Under the pieces are notes generated by a model that was not told the origin of the DNA, did not search any database, and worked only from the letters and a program-made list of their open reading frames with translations. DNA of 64,000 bases, from positions 1,494,498-1,558,497 of the forward strand of contig CBDFIE010000003.1 of assembly GCA_965248005.1 (NCBI GenBank). Direction: 5' to 3'. Positions 55,739 through 64,000 of this stretch are shown one piece after another. A program made the position numbers and the translations under genes. This DNA comes from Dehalococcoidia bacterium. GTDB lineage: Bacteria; Chloroflexota; Dehalococcoidia; Lucifugimonadales; UBA1123. Every line of letters starts with the position of its first letter. The first letter of the stretch is position 1.

Positions 55739-57117
55739 CTCCGATGATGTCGCGTCCCTGGCGGCTGGCGGTGGCCTATACGGCCCTGATGCTTATCGCG
55801 TTGGCGGCAGCGGGCGTCTACGTGGCCGGCTCCGACCGGGGGGCCGATGTCTCACGAGTTGCGGTCGCGCTGGCCATCTCGACAGGGGTGGTTGCCGCGC
55901 TGTCGGTGGGCCTCGCCTACACCCTGGCCCGGCGCACCTCCCTGTCCGGACGGGCCGTCGCCGAGGGCGCCCGCCGGCTGGCTGGCGGCGACCTGGAGTA
56001 CAGGGTCGAGTCGTCATCGCCAGGCGAGACCCGCGAGCTGGCCGACGCCTTCAACAGCATGGCCGCGACGATACGGGACACGGTGCGGGACCTATCCGCC
56101 GAGCGGAACCGCCTGTCCATCGTGCTGGATACCATGGCCGATGGTGTCGTCGTCATACATCCGGACGGCCGAGTCGATCTGATCAATCGGGCCGCCGAAT
56201 GGCTGCTCGAGACGCCGCCCCATCAGCCCGATGGCAGAAAGCTCGCCGACATCGTGCGAGATTACGAAATTCTACAGCTCGTCTCCGACGCCCAGCTGGA
56301 CCGTGGCATCCACCAGGCTGAGCTGGAGCTGGTGAACAGCCGCCGGTTTGTGAGCGCCATTTCCACGCCCCTTTCGGAGGACCGCAGCGACGGCGTGCTG
56401 CTGACGCTGCGCGACTTTACCGGGCTCCGCCAGATGGAGACGACGCGCACGGAGTTCGTGAGCAACGTGTCCCACGAGCTCCGTACTCCGCTGGCGTCGG
56501 TGAAGGCCCTGGTGGAGACCCTCCAGGACGGCGCCCTGCAAGACGCGGACGCGGCGCCCGACTTCCTGCGACGAATTCATGGCGACGTCGACCGCATGAC
56601 GGCCATGGTCAGCGAGCTGCTGGATCTGTCGCTGCTGGAAAGCGGACATGCTCCGTTACATTTGGCGCCGGTCGATATGAGATCGGTCGTCGACGAGACC
56701 CAATCGGAGTTCGCCCTAAGGCTTGAGTCCGAAAAGCTCCGGGTGACTGCGGACCTGCCCGAAGGGCTCCCCTACGTGATGGGGGATGCCGCCAAGCTGA
56801 CGCAGGTGCTCAGCAACCTGGTCGAGAACGCCGTCAAGTTCACTCCGGCGGGTGGGAGCATCGACATCTCCGCCACCTCGTCCGGCCAGTGGGTGGAGCT
56901 GCGGGTTTCGGACACTGGAGTGGGCATCGCGCCAGCGCACCTGCCCCACGTCTTCGAGCGCTTCTACAAGGCGGACCGCTCCCGCAACGACGATGGGACG
57001 GGCCTGGGATTGGCCATCGTGAAGCACCTGGTCGGCGCCCACGGAGGCGACATCCGAGTCGAGAGCACCAAAGGCCGAGGCAGCACCTTCACCGTCACGT
57101 TGCGGCGGGCGTCTTGA
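55735..57117 (+). CDS. sensor histidine kinase (PhoR-like: TM-HAMP-PAS-HisKA-HATPase)
   Basis: H-box FVSNVSHELRTPL, N-box NLVENAVKF, G-boxes DTGVGI and GLGLAIV. Its start overlaps the regulator stop (GTGA). Confidence 0.88.
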   Translation: MTPMMSRPWRLAVAYTALMLIALAAAGVYVAGSDRGADVSRVAVALAISTGVVAALSVGLAYTLARRTSLSGRAVAEGARRLAGGDLEYRVESSSPGETRELADAFNSMAATIRDTVRDLSAERNRLSIVLDTMADGVVVIHPDGRVDLINRAAEWLLETPPHQPDGRKLADIVRDYEILQLVSDAQLDRGIHQAELELVNSRRFVSAISTPLSEDRSDGVLLTLRDFTGLRQMETTRTEFVSNVSHELRTPLASVKALVETLQDGALQDADAAPDFLRRIHGDVDRMTAMVSELLDLSLLESGHAPLHLAPVDMRSVVDETQSEFALRLESEKLRVTADLPEGLPYVMGDAAKLTQVLSNLVENAVKFTPAGGSIDISATSSGQWVELRVSDTGVGIAPAHLPHVFERFYKADRSRNDDGTGLGLAIVKHLVGAHGGDIRVESTKGRGSTFTVTLRRAS

Positions 57118-57144
57118 GGCGCGGGCGGCCGCCAACGGCTATGA

Positions 57145-57184
57145 TTTAACCCGGCCTTAACTTCCGGTATAATCGGACTTAATG
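57145..57184 (+). promoter_or_regulatory. candidate Pho-box array overlapping a TATAAT -10 element
   Basis: Four 7-mers in 11-nt phase: TTTAACC (57145), CTTAACT (57156), GTATAAT (57167), CTTAATG (57178). TATAAT lies at 57168-73. Confidence 0.4.
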
Positions 57185-57235
57185 AATACCGCCTACAATT
57201 ACCTCAAGATGCAGCGAGGTTGTAGGTTGTACAAG

Positions 57236-58207
57236 ATGTTCTCGGTTCCCGAAGCCCGGGGCTTTCGAGCGGCCCCGGGTTTTTTATTGGTTGCTTTCGT
57301 GGTGACATTGGGCATGCTGACGGCTGGATGCGGCGATGGGTCATCCGGTGGGACGAACGGCGGGTCCGACGGTCTTTCCGGTGAGATCGAGATCGACGGC
57401 TCCAGCACCGTGTTCCCGATCACCGAAGCTGTGGCCGAGGAGTTTCGCAAGGTCCATCCGGGCGTCCAGGTCAACGTCGGGGTCTCTGGCACCGGGGGCG
57501 GTTTCAAGAGGTTTACGGCGGGGGAGACTGACGTAAGCGACGCCTCCCGGCCGATTAAGGAGAGAGAGGCCGAAGCAGCGGCAAAGGCCGGTATCGAGTA
57601 CATCGAGCTCAGGGTGGCGATCGACGGCTTGTCAGTCGTTGTCAACCCGGAAAACGAGTTTGTCACCTGCCTGACAGTCGATAGGCTGCGAGACGTGTGG
57701 GAGCCAGGCAGCCCGGTCCGGAAGTGGAGCGACATCGACCCGGGCTGGCCGGATCGCGATCTGAGGCTGTACGGTCCCGGCACCGATTCCGGCACCTTCG
57801 ACTATTTCACCGAGGTGATTGTTGGCGAGGCCCAATCCTCCCGGCCGGACTACACAGCGTCCGAGGACGACAATGTTCTGGTACAGGGGATACGGGGAGA
57901 TCGGAACTCCCTGGGCTATTTCGGCTACGCCTACTACGCGGAAAACGCCGACATAGTCAAGCTGGTGGCCGTGGACGGGGGCGACGGCTGCGTAGCGCCG
58001 TCGGACGCATCGGTCCAGGACGGTACCTACAGCCCGCTGTCACGGCCCTTGCTCATCTACGTCAGCACCGACAGCCTGAGCCGGCCGGAGGTAAAGGCAT
58101 TCATTGAGTTCTACATGGAACAGGGAGGGGCGCTGGCGGCCGAGGTCGGCTACGTCCCCCTGCCCGCGTCCGTCTATCAGGAGAACATCGGCCTCATTCG
58201 CCGTTAG
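57236..58207 (+). CDS. pstS: phosphate ABC transporter substrate-binding lipoprotein
   Basis: [19 protein letters not shown] and [12 protein letters not shown] motifs and an MLTAGC lipobox. The start is uncertain; 57182 and 57209 are also possible. Confidence 0.9.
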   Translation: MFSVPEARGFRAAPGFLLVAFVVTLGMLTAGCGDGSSGGTNGGSDGLSGEIEIDGSSTVFPITEAVAEEFRKVHPGVQVNVGVSGTGGGFKRFTAGETDVSDASRPIKEREAEAAAKAGIEYIELRVAIDGLSVVVNPENEFVTCLTVDRLRDVWEPGSPVRKWSDIDPGWPDRDLRLYGPGTDSGTFDYFTEVIVGEAQSSRPDYTASEDDNVLVQGIRGDRNSLGYFGYAYYAENADIVKLVAVDGGDGCVAPSDASVQDGTYSPLSRPLLIYVSTDSLSRPEVKAFIEFYMEQGGALAAEVGYVPLPASVYQENIGLIRR

Positions 58208-58219
58208 GAGCGCCAGTCT

Positions 58220-59164
58220 TTGAGCAATCCCGCGCCCTTGAGGTCCCGCGCACCCGCCTTGCGCACTGTTGGGTCCAGTCGAAAAAGACGCCGGGACCTG
58301 GAGGGCCGCATCGTCCGCTGGGCCTTCTTCTCGTGTGCCCTTCTGTCGGTGCTCACGACAGTCGGCATCGTCGCCAGCCTGCTTCTCCAGGCCTGGCCCT
58401 TCTTCAGAGAGGTGCCGATATGGGAGTTCCTTGGCGGCACGCGTTGGACGCCCATACTCAAGCCGCAGTCCTTCGGTGTGCTGCCCCTGGTCAGTGGCAC
58501 TCTGCTGGTCGCTGCGCTGGCCGCGGCCGTGGCGCTGCCGGTCGGATTGGCCACGGCCATCTTCCTGGCCGAGTACGCTCCGGAAAAGGCGCGTAAAGTC
58601 ATCAAGCCGACCCTCGAGGTGCTGGCTGGCATCCCGACGGTGGTCTACGGGTACTTCGCCCTCACGTTCGTGACGCCTTTGATACAGGAAGTCCTGCCGG
58701 ACGTCGTGGTCTTCAACGCCCTTAGCGCCGGTATCGTGATGGGCATCATGATCATCCCGATGGTCTCCTCCCTCAGCGAAGACGCGATAATGAGCGTCCC
58801 TCGCTCTCTTAGAATGGCGTCTTATGCCCTGGGCGCCACCCGCCTGGAGACCAGCCTGAAAGTCGTAGTCCCCGCCGCGCTGTCCGGAATCGTGGCGTCG
58901 TTCATCCTGGCCATATCCCGAGCGGTCGGAGAGACCATGCTGGTAACGATCGCCGCAGGGGCCACTCCCAACCTGACCGCGAATCCACTGGACAGCATTC
59001 AGGCGATGACGGCCTACATAGTCCAGCTCAGTCTCGGCGAGGCGGTCCACGGCTCCCTGGAGTTCAATACCATCTTCGCCGTGGGGCTAGTACTGTTCGT
59101 CATGACCCTCGGGCTGAACCTGATGGGCCACTGGGTGGTCCGCAGGTGGAGGCAGGCGTACTGA
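58220..59164 (+). CDS. pstC: phosphate ABC transporter permease PstC
   Basis: Six-TM BPD permease with an EAA-like loop ([24 protein letters not shown]). TTG start with GGAG upstream. Confidence 0.92.
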   Translation: MSNPAPLRSRAPALRTVGSSRKRRRDLEGRIVRWAFFSCALLSVLTTVGIVASLLLQAWPFFREVPIWEFLGGTRWTPILKPQSFGVLPLVSGTLLVAALAAAVALPVGLATAIFLAEYAPEKARKVIKPTLEVLAGIPTVVYGYFALTFVTPLIQEVLPDVVVFNALSAGIVMGIMIIPMVSSLSEDAIMSVPRSLRMASYALGATRLETSLKVVVPAALSGIVASFILAISRAVGETMLVTIAAGATPNLTANPLDSIQAMTAYIVQLSLGEAVHGSLEFNTIFAVGLVLFVMTLGLNLMGHWVVRRWRQAY

Positions 59165-60045
59165 TGCGGCAGGCGAACCGACAGTTCCAGCCCCGGCTCC
59201 GGCTCCGCAAAGGTACCGGCGCCGTCATGTACGTGGTGCTAGTCGCCGCCGTCCTTGTGGGCATCGCGGGACTTTTTGTGCTGTTGGCCCAGGTCTTGTA
59301 CCAGGGTGTGCCGTGGCTGAGCTGGCATTTCCTGGCCGACTACCCCTCTCGGCACCCGGAGCAGGCGGGCCTCAAGTCAGCGCTCATGGGCACCGTCTGG
59401 ATCATGGGACTCACCGGGTTTTTCGCCATACCGGTGGGCGTGGGCGCCGCGATCTACCTGGAAGAGTACGCGCCGAAGAACCGGCTCACCCAGATCATCG
59501 AGATAAACATATCCAACCTGGCGGGTGTCCCGTCCATCGTTTACGGGCTGCTGGGGCTGGCGCTGTTCGTGCAGCTTATGTCCCTGGGCCGAAGCGTGCT
59601 GGCGGGTGCGCTGACCCTTTCGCTGCTGGTGCTGCCGATAGTTATTCTGGCGTCCCGCGAGGCTATCAGGGCGGTGCCCGACGCCTACAGGCAGGCGGCC
59701 TACGCGCTGGGCGCGGACCAGTGGCGCGTGATAAAGGGTGTAGTACTGCCGTCGGCGACGCCCGGAATCTTGACCGGCACGATTCTCGCCATGTCCCGGG
59801 CCATCGGCGAGGCCGCTCCGGTCATTGCCATCAGCGCCCTTGTCTATCTTACGTTCGTCCCCAATGATCCTTTGGACCGGTTTACTGTCCTGCCGATTCA
59901 GATATTCAACTGGGTCTCCAGGCCTCAGGACGAGTTCCGTGGCCTGGCGGCCGCGGGTATAATCGTGCTGCTTGCTATGTTACTGTCGATGAACGCCGTC
60001 GCCATCTACCTCAGGAACCGCTTCCAGGTCAGGGTGGAGGACTAA
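59164..60045 (+). CDS. pstA: phosphate ABC transporter permease PstA
   Basis: EAA loop [22 protein letters not shown]. The ATG overlaps the pstC stop (TGATG). Confidence 0.92.
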   Translation: MRQANRQFQPRLRLRKGTGAVMYVVLVAAVLVGIAGLFVLLAQVLYQGVPWLSWHFLADYPSRHPEQAGLKSALMGTVWIMGLTGFFAIPVGVGAAIYLEEYAPKNRLTQIIEINISNLAGVPSIVYGLLGLALFVQLMSLGRSVLAGALTLSLLVLPIVILASREAIRAVPDAYRQAAYALGADQWRVIKGVVLPSATPGILTGTILAMSRAIGEAAPVIAISALVYLTFVPNDPLDRFTVLPIQIFNWVSRPQDEFRGLAAAGIIVLLAMLLSMNAVAIYLRNRFQVRVED

Positions 60046-60046
60046 C

Positions 60047-60820
60047 GTGGCCGAACGCCACAAAGTATTCGAGACCAGTGGCCTACGCGTATTCTACGAT
60101 TCGTTTCTGGCGCTCCGCGACATCCAGCTCGAGGTGCCCTCCAGGACCGTAACGGCGCTGATCGGCCCGTCTGGATGCGGCAAGAGCACGCTGCTGCGGT
60201 GTTTCAACCGGATGAACGACCTCATAGCCGGGGCCCGCGTTCAAGGTCGGGTCCTCTTCAACGGCGATGACCTTTACGCCCCGGAAGTGGACGCAACGGA
60301 GATACGCTCCCGGATAGGGATGGTATTCCAGAGGCCAAACCCGTTCCCGAAGTCCATTTACGACAACGTCGCCTTCGGCCTGCGCATTAACGGCTACACC
60401 GGCGACATCGCCGAGGCCGTGGAGCTTTCGCTACACCAGGCGGCACTATGGGAAGAGGTAAAAGACCGGCTGGACCACAGCGCCCTTACGCTGTCCGGGG
60501 GTCAGCAGCAGCGGCTCTGCATCGCCCGGGCGCTGGCTGTGGAGCCAGAGGTGATTCTGATGGACGAGCCCGCCTCGGCCCTGGACCCGATGGCTACGCT
60601 TGCCATCGAGGAGCTGATCCGACAGTTGAGGGAGAGCTACACAATTGTTATAGTGACCCACAACATGCAGCAGGCGGCCCGCGTCTCGGACGAGACCGCG
60701 TTCCTCATGGCCGATGAGGACATGGCCGGTTATCTCATCGAGCACGGGTCCACAAGCGAGATATTCACAACCCCCAAGGACGAGCGCACGGAGGCGTATA
60801 TTACGGGGCGGTTTAGCTAG
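60047..60820 (+). CDS. pstB: phosphate ABC transporter ATP-binding protein
   Basis: [24 protein letters not shown] and ILMDEP motifs, and a PstB-type N-terminus. Confidence 0.95.
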   Translation: MAERHKVFETSGLRVFYDSFLALRDIQLEVPSRTVTALIGPSGCGKSTLLRCFNRMNDLIAGARVQGRVLFNGDDLYAPEVDATEIRSRIGMVFQRPNPFPKSIYDNVAFGLRINGYTGDIAEAVELSLHQAALWEEVKDRLDHSALTLSGGQQQRLCIARALAVEPEVILMDEPASALDPMATLAIEELIRQLRESYTIVIVTHNMQQAARVSDETAFLMADEDMAGYLIEHGSTSEIFTTPKDERTEAYITGRFS

Positions 60821-60883
60821 GGGCGGGGCCTCGGATGCGGGCGAGCACCTTGTGCTCCCGCACATTCACGAACGGAAGGAACC

Positions 60884-61549
60884 ATGGTTCGCACGGATTT
60901 CGACAGACATCTCGGGTTGCTGCGGGACCAGCTTCTCCAGCTTGGCGGACTGGTCGAGAAGGCCGTGGTTGCGGCGATGGACGCGCTGGAGCGCCGCGAC
61001 ATCGAAGCCTCGCAGCGGGTCGTGGACGAGGACGACATCATCGACGAGATGCGCGTCGACCTGGAGGAGCGGTGCGTCGACCTCATCGCCACGCAGCAGC
61101 CGCTCGCCGGTGACCTTCGTACCCTGATAACAGTGCTGCACGTCGCCGTCGAGCTGGAGCGGATCGGCGATTACGCCGAGGGCATCGGCAAGATCAGCGT
61201 GATGATGGGCGACGAGCCCCCCCTCAAACCCCTGGTGGACCTCCCTCTGATGGCGGAGCGGTCCATGAGCATGCTCAGGCGCAGCCTCGATGCCCTGATG
61301 AACCGGGACGTGGTCGCCGCCACCGAGGTCTGCAACGACGACGACGAGGTCGACGAGCTTTACGACCGCGTTTACCACGACCTGCTGGACTACATGGTCA
61401 AGGACCCGAAGACCATCCGCCGGGCAACGTACCTGCTCTGGGTCGCCCATGACCTGGAACGCGTCGCCGACCGGACCACCAACATCGCCGAAAGAGTAAT
61501 CTACCTTGTCACCGGAAGCCTGTCGGAGATCCACGGCGGCAGGCATTAA
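60884..61549 (+). CDS. phoU: phosphate signalling complex protein PhoU
   Basis: Two PhoU repeats with the E(x)3D-type motifs ELERIGDYAE and DLERVADRTTNIAE. Confidence 0.93.
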   Translation: MVRTDFDRHLGLLRDQLLQLGGLVEKAVVAAMDALERRDIEASQRVVDEDDIIDEMRVDLEERCVDLIATQQPLAGDLRTLITVLHVAVELERIGDYAEGIGKISVMMGDEPPLKPLVDLPLMAERSMSMLRRSLDALMNRDVVAATEVCNDDDEVDELYDRVYHDLLDYMVKDPKTIRRATYLLWVAHDLERVADRTTNIAERVIYLVTGSLSEIHGGRH

Positions 61550-62799
61550 TGCCGGAGGCGCCTCTCGCCCTCGAAGGCGTCCGCATACTGGACCTCTCCC
61601 GCATCTGGGCGGGGCCCCACGCCACCAAGCTGCTGGCCGACATGGGCGCGGAGGTCATCAAGGTCGAGTCCACCCGCGCCTGGGACCCCCACCGGATGAT
61701 TGCCGGCTCCGGCAACTTGCCCGACGGCGAGCCCGGCCCGGACCCGTGGAACCGCAGCGGATGGTTCAACACCCTCCACCAGAGTAAGCACGGCATTACC
61801 GTCGATATCCGCGATCCCCGGGGCAAGGCGGTCCTTGAGGAGCTCGTTGGCATAAGCGACGTGGTGATCGAGAACTTCCGCGCCGGGGCCATGGACCGCC
61901 GTGGCCTCGGATACGCGGCGCTGAGGCGGCTGCGCCCGGACATTGTCGTCGTCTCCATGCCCGCGCTGGGCAATACCGGACCATGGAAGGACTTCATCCA
62001 GTACGGTGTCGGCCAGGAGCAGCTCGGCGGCATCGCTTCCATGAACGGCTATCTGGACGACGAAGGTCCGGTGAAGTCAGGGGTCAACTTCGGCGACCCG
62101 ATTAGCGGCGCCCACGCCGCCGGCGCCGTTCTGTCGGCGCTGTGGCGTAGAAAACGTACAGGGCGGGGGGCGTTCATAGACATGGCCCAGCTGGAGTCCT
62201 CCATCTCCGTCGTGGGTGAGCACATCCTCGGCTTCCAGATGAACGGCGAGCCCCCCAGGAACCGCGGCAACCGGCACCCCACGATGGCCCCCCACGGCGT
62301 ATATCGTTGCCGTGGAGAGGACCGGTGGATCGCCATCGCCGTGGCGTCTGACGACCAGTGGCGCGGGCTGTGCGATGTGATGGAGGCGCCCGAGATGGCC
62401 CAGCGCTTCCCGGGGCTGCTCTCGCGGCATGATAACCAAGACCAGATTGACGCCACCATAAGCGAGTGGACCCGGGATAGAGACGCCACGGAGCTGACGC
62501 ATGCGCTGCAACAGGGCGGAATCGCCGCCACTCCCGTTATGTCGGGACAGGACATATTCGACGACCCTCACTACCAGGAGCGGGGTCTGCTGGAGCTGAT
62601 AGACCATCCGTCCACCGGCCCTTACCTGCTGCCGGGCATCGCCTGGAAGATGTCTCGGACGCCCGGCCGGGCACGCTGGCCCAGCCCCCGACTTGGCGAG
62701 CACAACGAGTTTGTGTTCAGCGCTTTGCTGGGAATGTCCGACGACTCCGTCGCCGACTTCGAGGCACAGGGCGTCTCAGGCACAGAGCCGGAGCGGTAG
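61549..62799 (+). CDS. family III CoA-transferase (CaiB/BaiF-like), second paralogue
   Basis: VRILDLSRIWAGPHATKLLADMGAEVIKVE and DVVIENFR motifs. The ATG shares its A with the phoU TAA. Confidence 0.88.
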   Translation: MPEAPLALEGVRILDLSRIWAGPHATKLLADMGAEVIKVESTRAWDPHRMIAGSGNLPDGEPGPDPWNRSGWFNTLHQSKHGITVDIRDPRGKAVLEELVGISDVVIENFRAGAMDRRGLGYAALRRLRPDIVVVSMPALGNTGPWKDFIQYGVGQEQLGGIASMNGYLDDEGPVKSGVNFGDPISGAHAAGAVLSALWRRKRTGRGAFIDMAQLESSISVVGEHILGFQMNGEPPRNRGNRHPTMAPHGVYRCRGEDRWIAIAVASDDQWRGLCDVMEAPEMAQRFPGLLSRHDNQDQIDATISEWTRDRDATELTHALQQGGIAATPVMSGQDIFDDPHYQERGLLELIDHPSTGPYLLPGIAWKMSRTPGRARWPSPRLGEHNEFVFSALLGMSDDSVADFEAQGVSGTEPER

Positions 62800-62815
62800 C
62801 GTAGCTATCCCACCG

Positions 62816-62844
62816 TTGTTCTGACATTCTTCCTCTGATATACT
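62816..62844 (+). promoter_or_regulatory. candidate sigma-70-type promoter
   Basis: TTGTTC, 17-nt spacer, TATACT. This would give a leader of about 210 nt before the dehydrogenase operon. Confidence 0.3.
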
Positions 62845-63062
62845 GGTGCCGATTTTGGTCCCTGGGGCGGGACCGACGTTCCGAGGCGCTCGATACGCGG
62901 CGATTTTCACGCAATCACCTCACCTCCAAAGGCGGGTGGCTTAGCCCCTGTTTCGCCGGGTTCCGAGACGCGACCCCAGTCCGAGATTCCCCTTGAAGCG
63001 AACCTATTAATAGTCTAACCCCAGAACGGTAACGGGACCAGGAGACGAAAGGAGGCCAGCCG

Positions 63063-63935
63063 TTGAAGTGGATTGATTACGCCACTCCCCACTCGGTGCG
63101 GGAGGCAGTGGACCTGCTAAACGATGCAGGCGACAGGGCCAGAATCTTGGCCGGGGGCACGGACCTGCTGGTGCAGCTAAGAGCCGGGGCCCACGACTTG
63201 GACCTGGTGGTCGATGGCAAGGGCATTCCGGAGCTGAACGAGCTTACCTATGACCCTGTAAACGGATTGACCATTGGCGCCGCCGTGCCGTGCTACAAGA
63301 TCTACGGCAACGCGGCGGTCAGGCAGGCCTACCCGGGGCTGATTGACTCGGCGTCGTTGATCGGCGGAACACAGATTCAGGGCCGCGCCTCGCTGGGCGG
63401 GAACCTGTGCAACGCCGCCCCCAGTGCCGATTCTGTCCCCGTAATGATCGCCCTCAAGGGCGTCGCCCGAATCGCCGGCCCCGATGGCACCCGCGACGTG
63501 CCTGTCGAGGAGTTCTGCACATTCGTAAGGGAGACGGTGCTACAGCGCGGTGAGATGCTGGTCTCACTTCACTTCCCGCCGCCGGTCGCCAACTCCGGAG
63601 CGCGCTACTTGCGGTTCATCCCGAGGAACGAGATGGACATCGCCGTGGCCGGTGCGGGTGTGTCGGTGGTGCTGGACAACGGCAACATCAAGGAGGCGCG
63701 AGTGTCGCTGGCCTCGGTTGCGCCGACGCCGCTGTTCGTCTCCGCCGCAGGCGAGGCCATCGCGGGCAAACCCGCCAACGAGGACACCGTGCGCATCGCT
63801 TCGGGCATCGCCCGGGACGCGGCCAAGCCCATAACGGACATGCGCGGAACCATAGAGTACCGGATGCACCTATGCGAGGTGCTGACACGCAGGGCCCTCA
63901 CCACGGCCATTGAGAGAGCGAAGGAGAACAGCTAG
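63063..63935 (+). CDS. molybdoenzyme (xanthine dehydrogenase/CO dehydrogenase family) FAD-binding subunit
   Basis: ILAGGTDLLVQLR, the GNLCNAAPSADS motif, and the CO-dehydrogenase flavoprotein C-terminal motif DMRGTIEYR. TTG start with AAGGAGG upstream. Confidence 0.88.
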   Translation: MKWIDYATPHSVREAVDLLNDAGDRARILAGGTDLLVQLRAGAHDLDLVVDGKGIPELNELTYDPVNGLTIGAAVPCYKIYGNAAVRQAYPGLIDSASLIGGTQIQGRASLGGNLCNAAPSADSVPVMIALKGVARIAGPDGTRDVPVEEFCTFVRETVLQRGEMLVSLHFPPPVANSGARYLRFIPRNEMDIAVAGAGVSVVLDNGNIKEARVSLASVAPTPLFVSAAGEAIAGKPANEDTVRIASGIARDAAKPITDMRGTIEYRMHLCEVLTRRALTTAIERAKENS

Positions 63936-64000
63936 ATGCCAGGAAAGATCCATGTACAGACGATAATTAACGGCGAGCACGTTGACTTCCTGGCCGAACC
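63936..64000 (+). CDS. (2Fe-2S)-binding small subunit of the same molybdoenzyme, 5' fragment
   Basis: The ATG immediately follows the previous stop. MPGKIHVQTIINGEHVDFLAE is the usual N-terminus of CoxS/XdhC-type iron-sulfur subunits. The gene is cut by the window end. Confidence 0.6.
   Translation, partial: MPGKIHVQTIINGEHVDFLAE

Overview
This is a GC-rich bacterial chromosomal segment with about 60 protein-coding genes. I found no rRNA, tRNA or CRISPR array by eye.

**Core content**
- dnaA, followed by a cluster of DnaA boxes and an AT-rich stretch, which is a probable oriC.
- Housekeeping genes: ilvD, uvrA, alaS, ruvX, rpsU, obg, nadD and selB.
- A variant System-I cytochrome c maturation cluster: ccmC, a ccmD-like gene, and a ccmE with CxxxY in place of the usual HxxxY.
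- A complete phosphate block: an OmpR-type regulator, a histidine kinase, pstSCAB and phoU.
- Many catabolic paralogues: two MDR dehydrogenases, two family-III CoA-transferases, an enolase-superfamily enzyme, a crotonase, a hotdog thioesterase, and the start of an xdh/cox-type molybdoenzyme operon.

**Accessory or unusual content**
1. A thioredoxin-fold (TlpA/ResA-like) lipoprotein gene is split by an in-frame TGA exactly at the first Cys of the WCxxC active site. A hairpin follows 11 nt downstream. I predict a UxxC selenoprotein; selB lies about 3 kb away.
2. A visibly lower-GC three-gene operon encodes a C5 cytosine methyltransferase, a GIY-YIG nuclease and Vsr.
3. An IS630-family element truncates a Ser/Thr kinase gene, and a decayed lower-GC stretch follows it.
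4. A PIN-domain toxin gene carries a 1-nt frameshift and overlaps an unlisted 59-codon ORF.
5. A lipoprotein / LprG-like / cyclophilin gene appears to be split by a frameshift.
6. Two unrelated families of roughly 190-210-nt tandem repeats rich in hairpins are present.
7. A eukaryote-type hexokinase is present.

**Lineage**
The repeated lipobox plus Pro/Thr/Ala-linker architecture and the gene content suggest a Chloroflexota-like organism. This is inference only.

**Limits**
All functional calls come from reading the translated ORFs against remembered family motifs. No searches were run. Start codons are approximate. Many long ORFs in the track are antisense artefacts of high GC.
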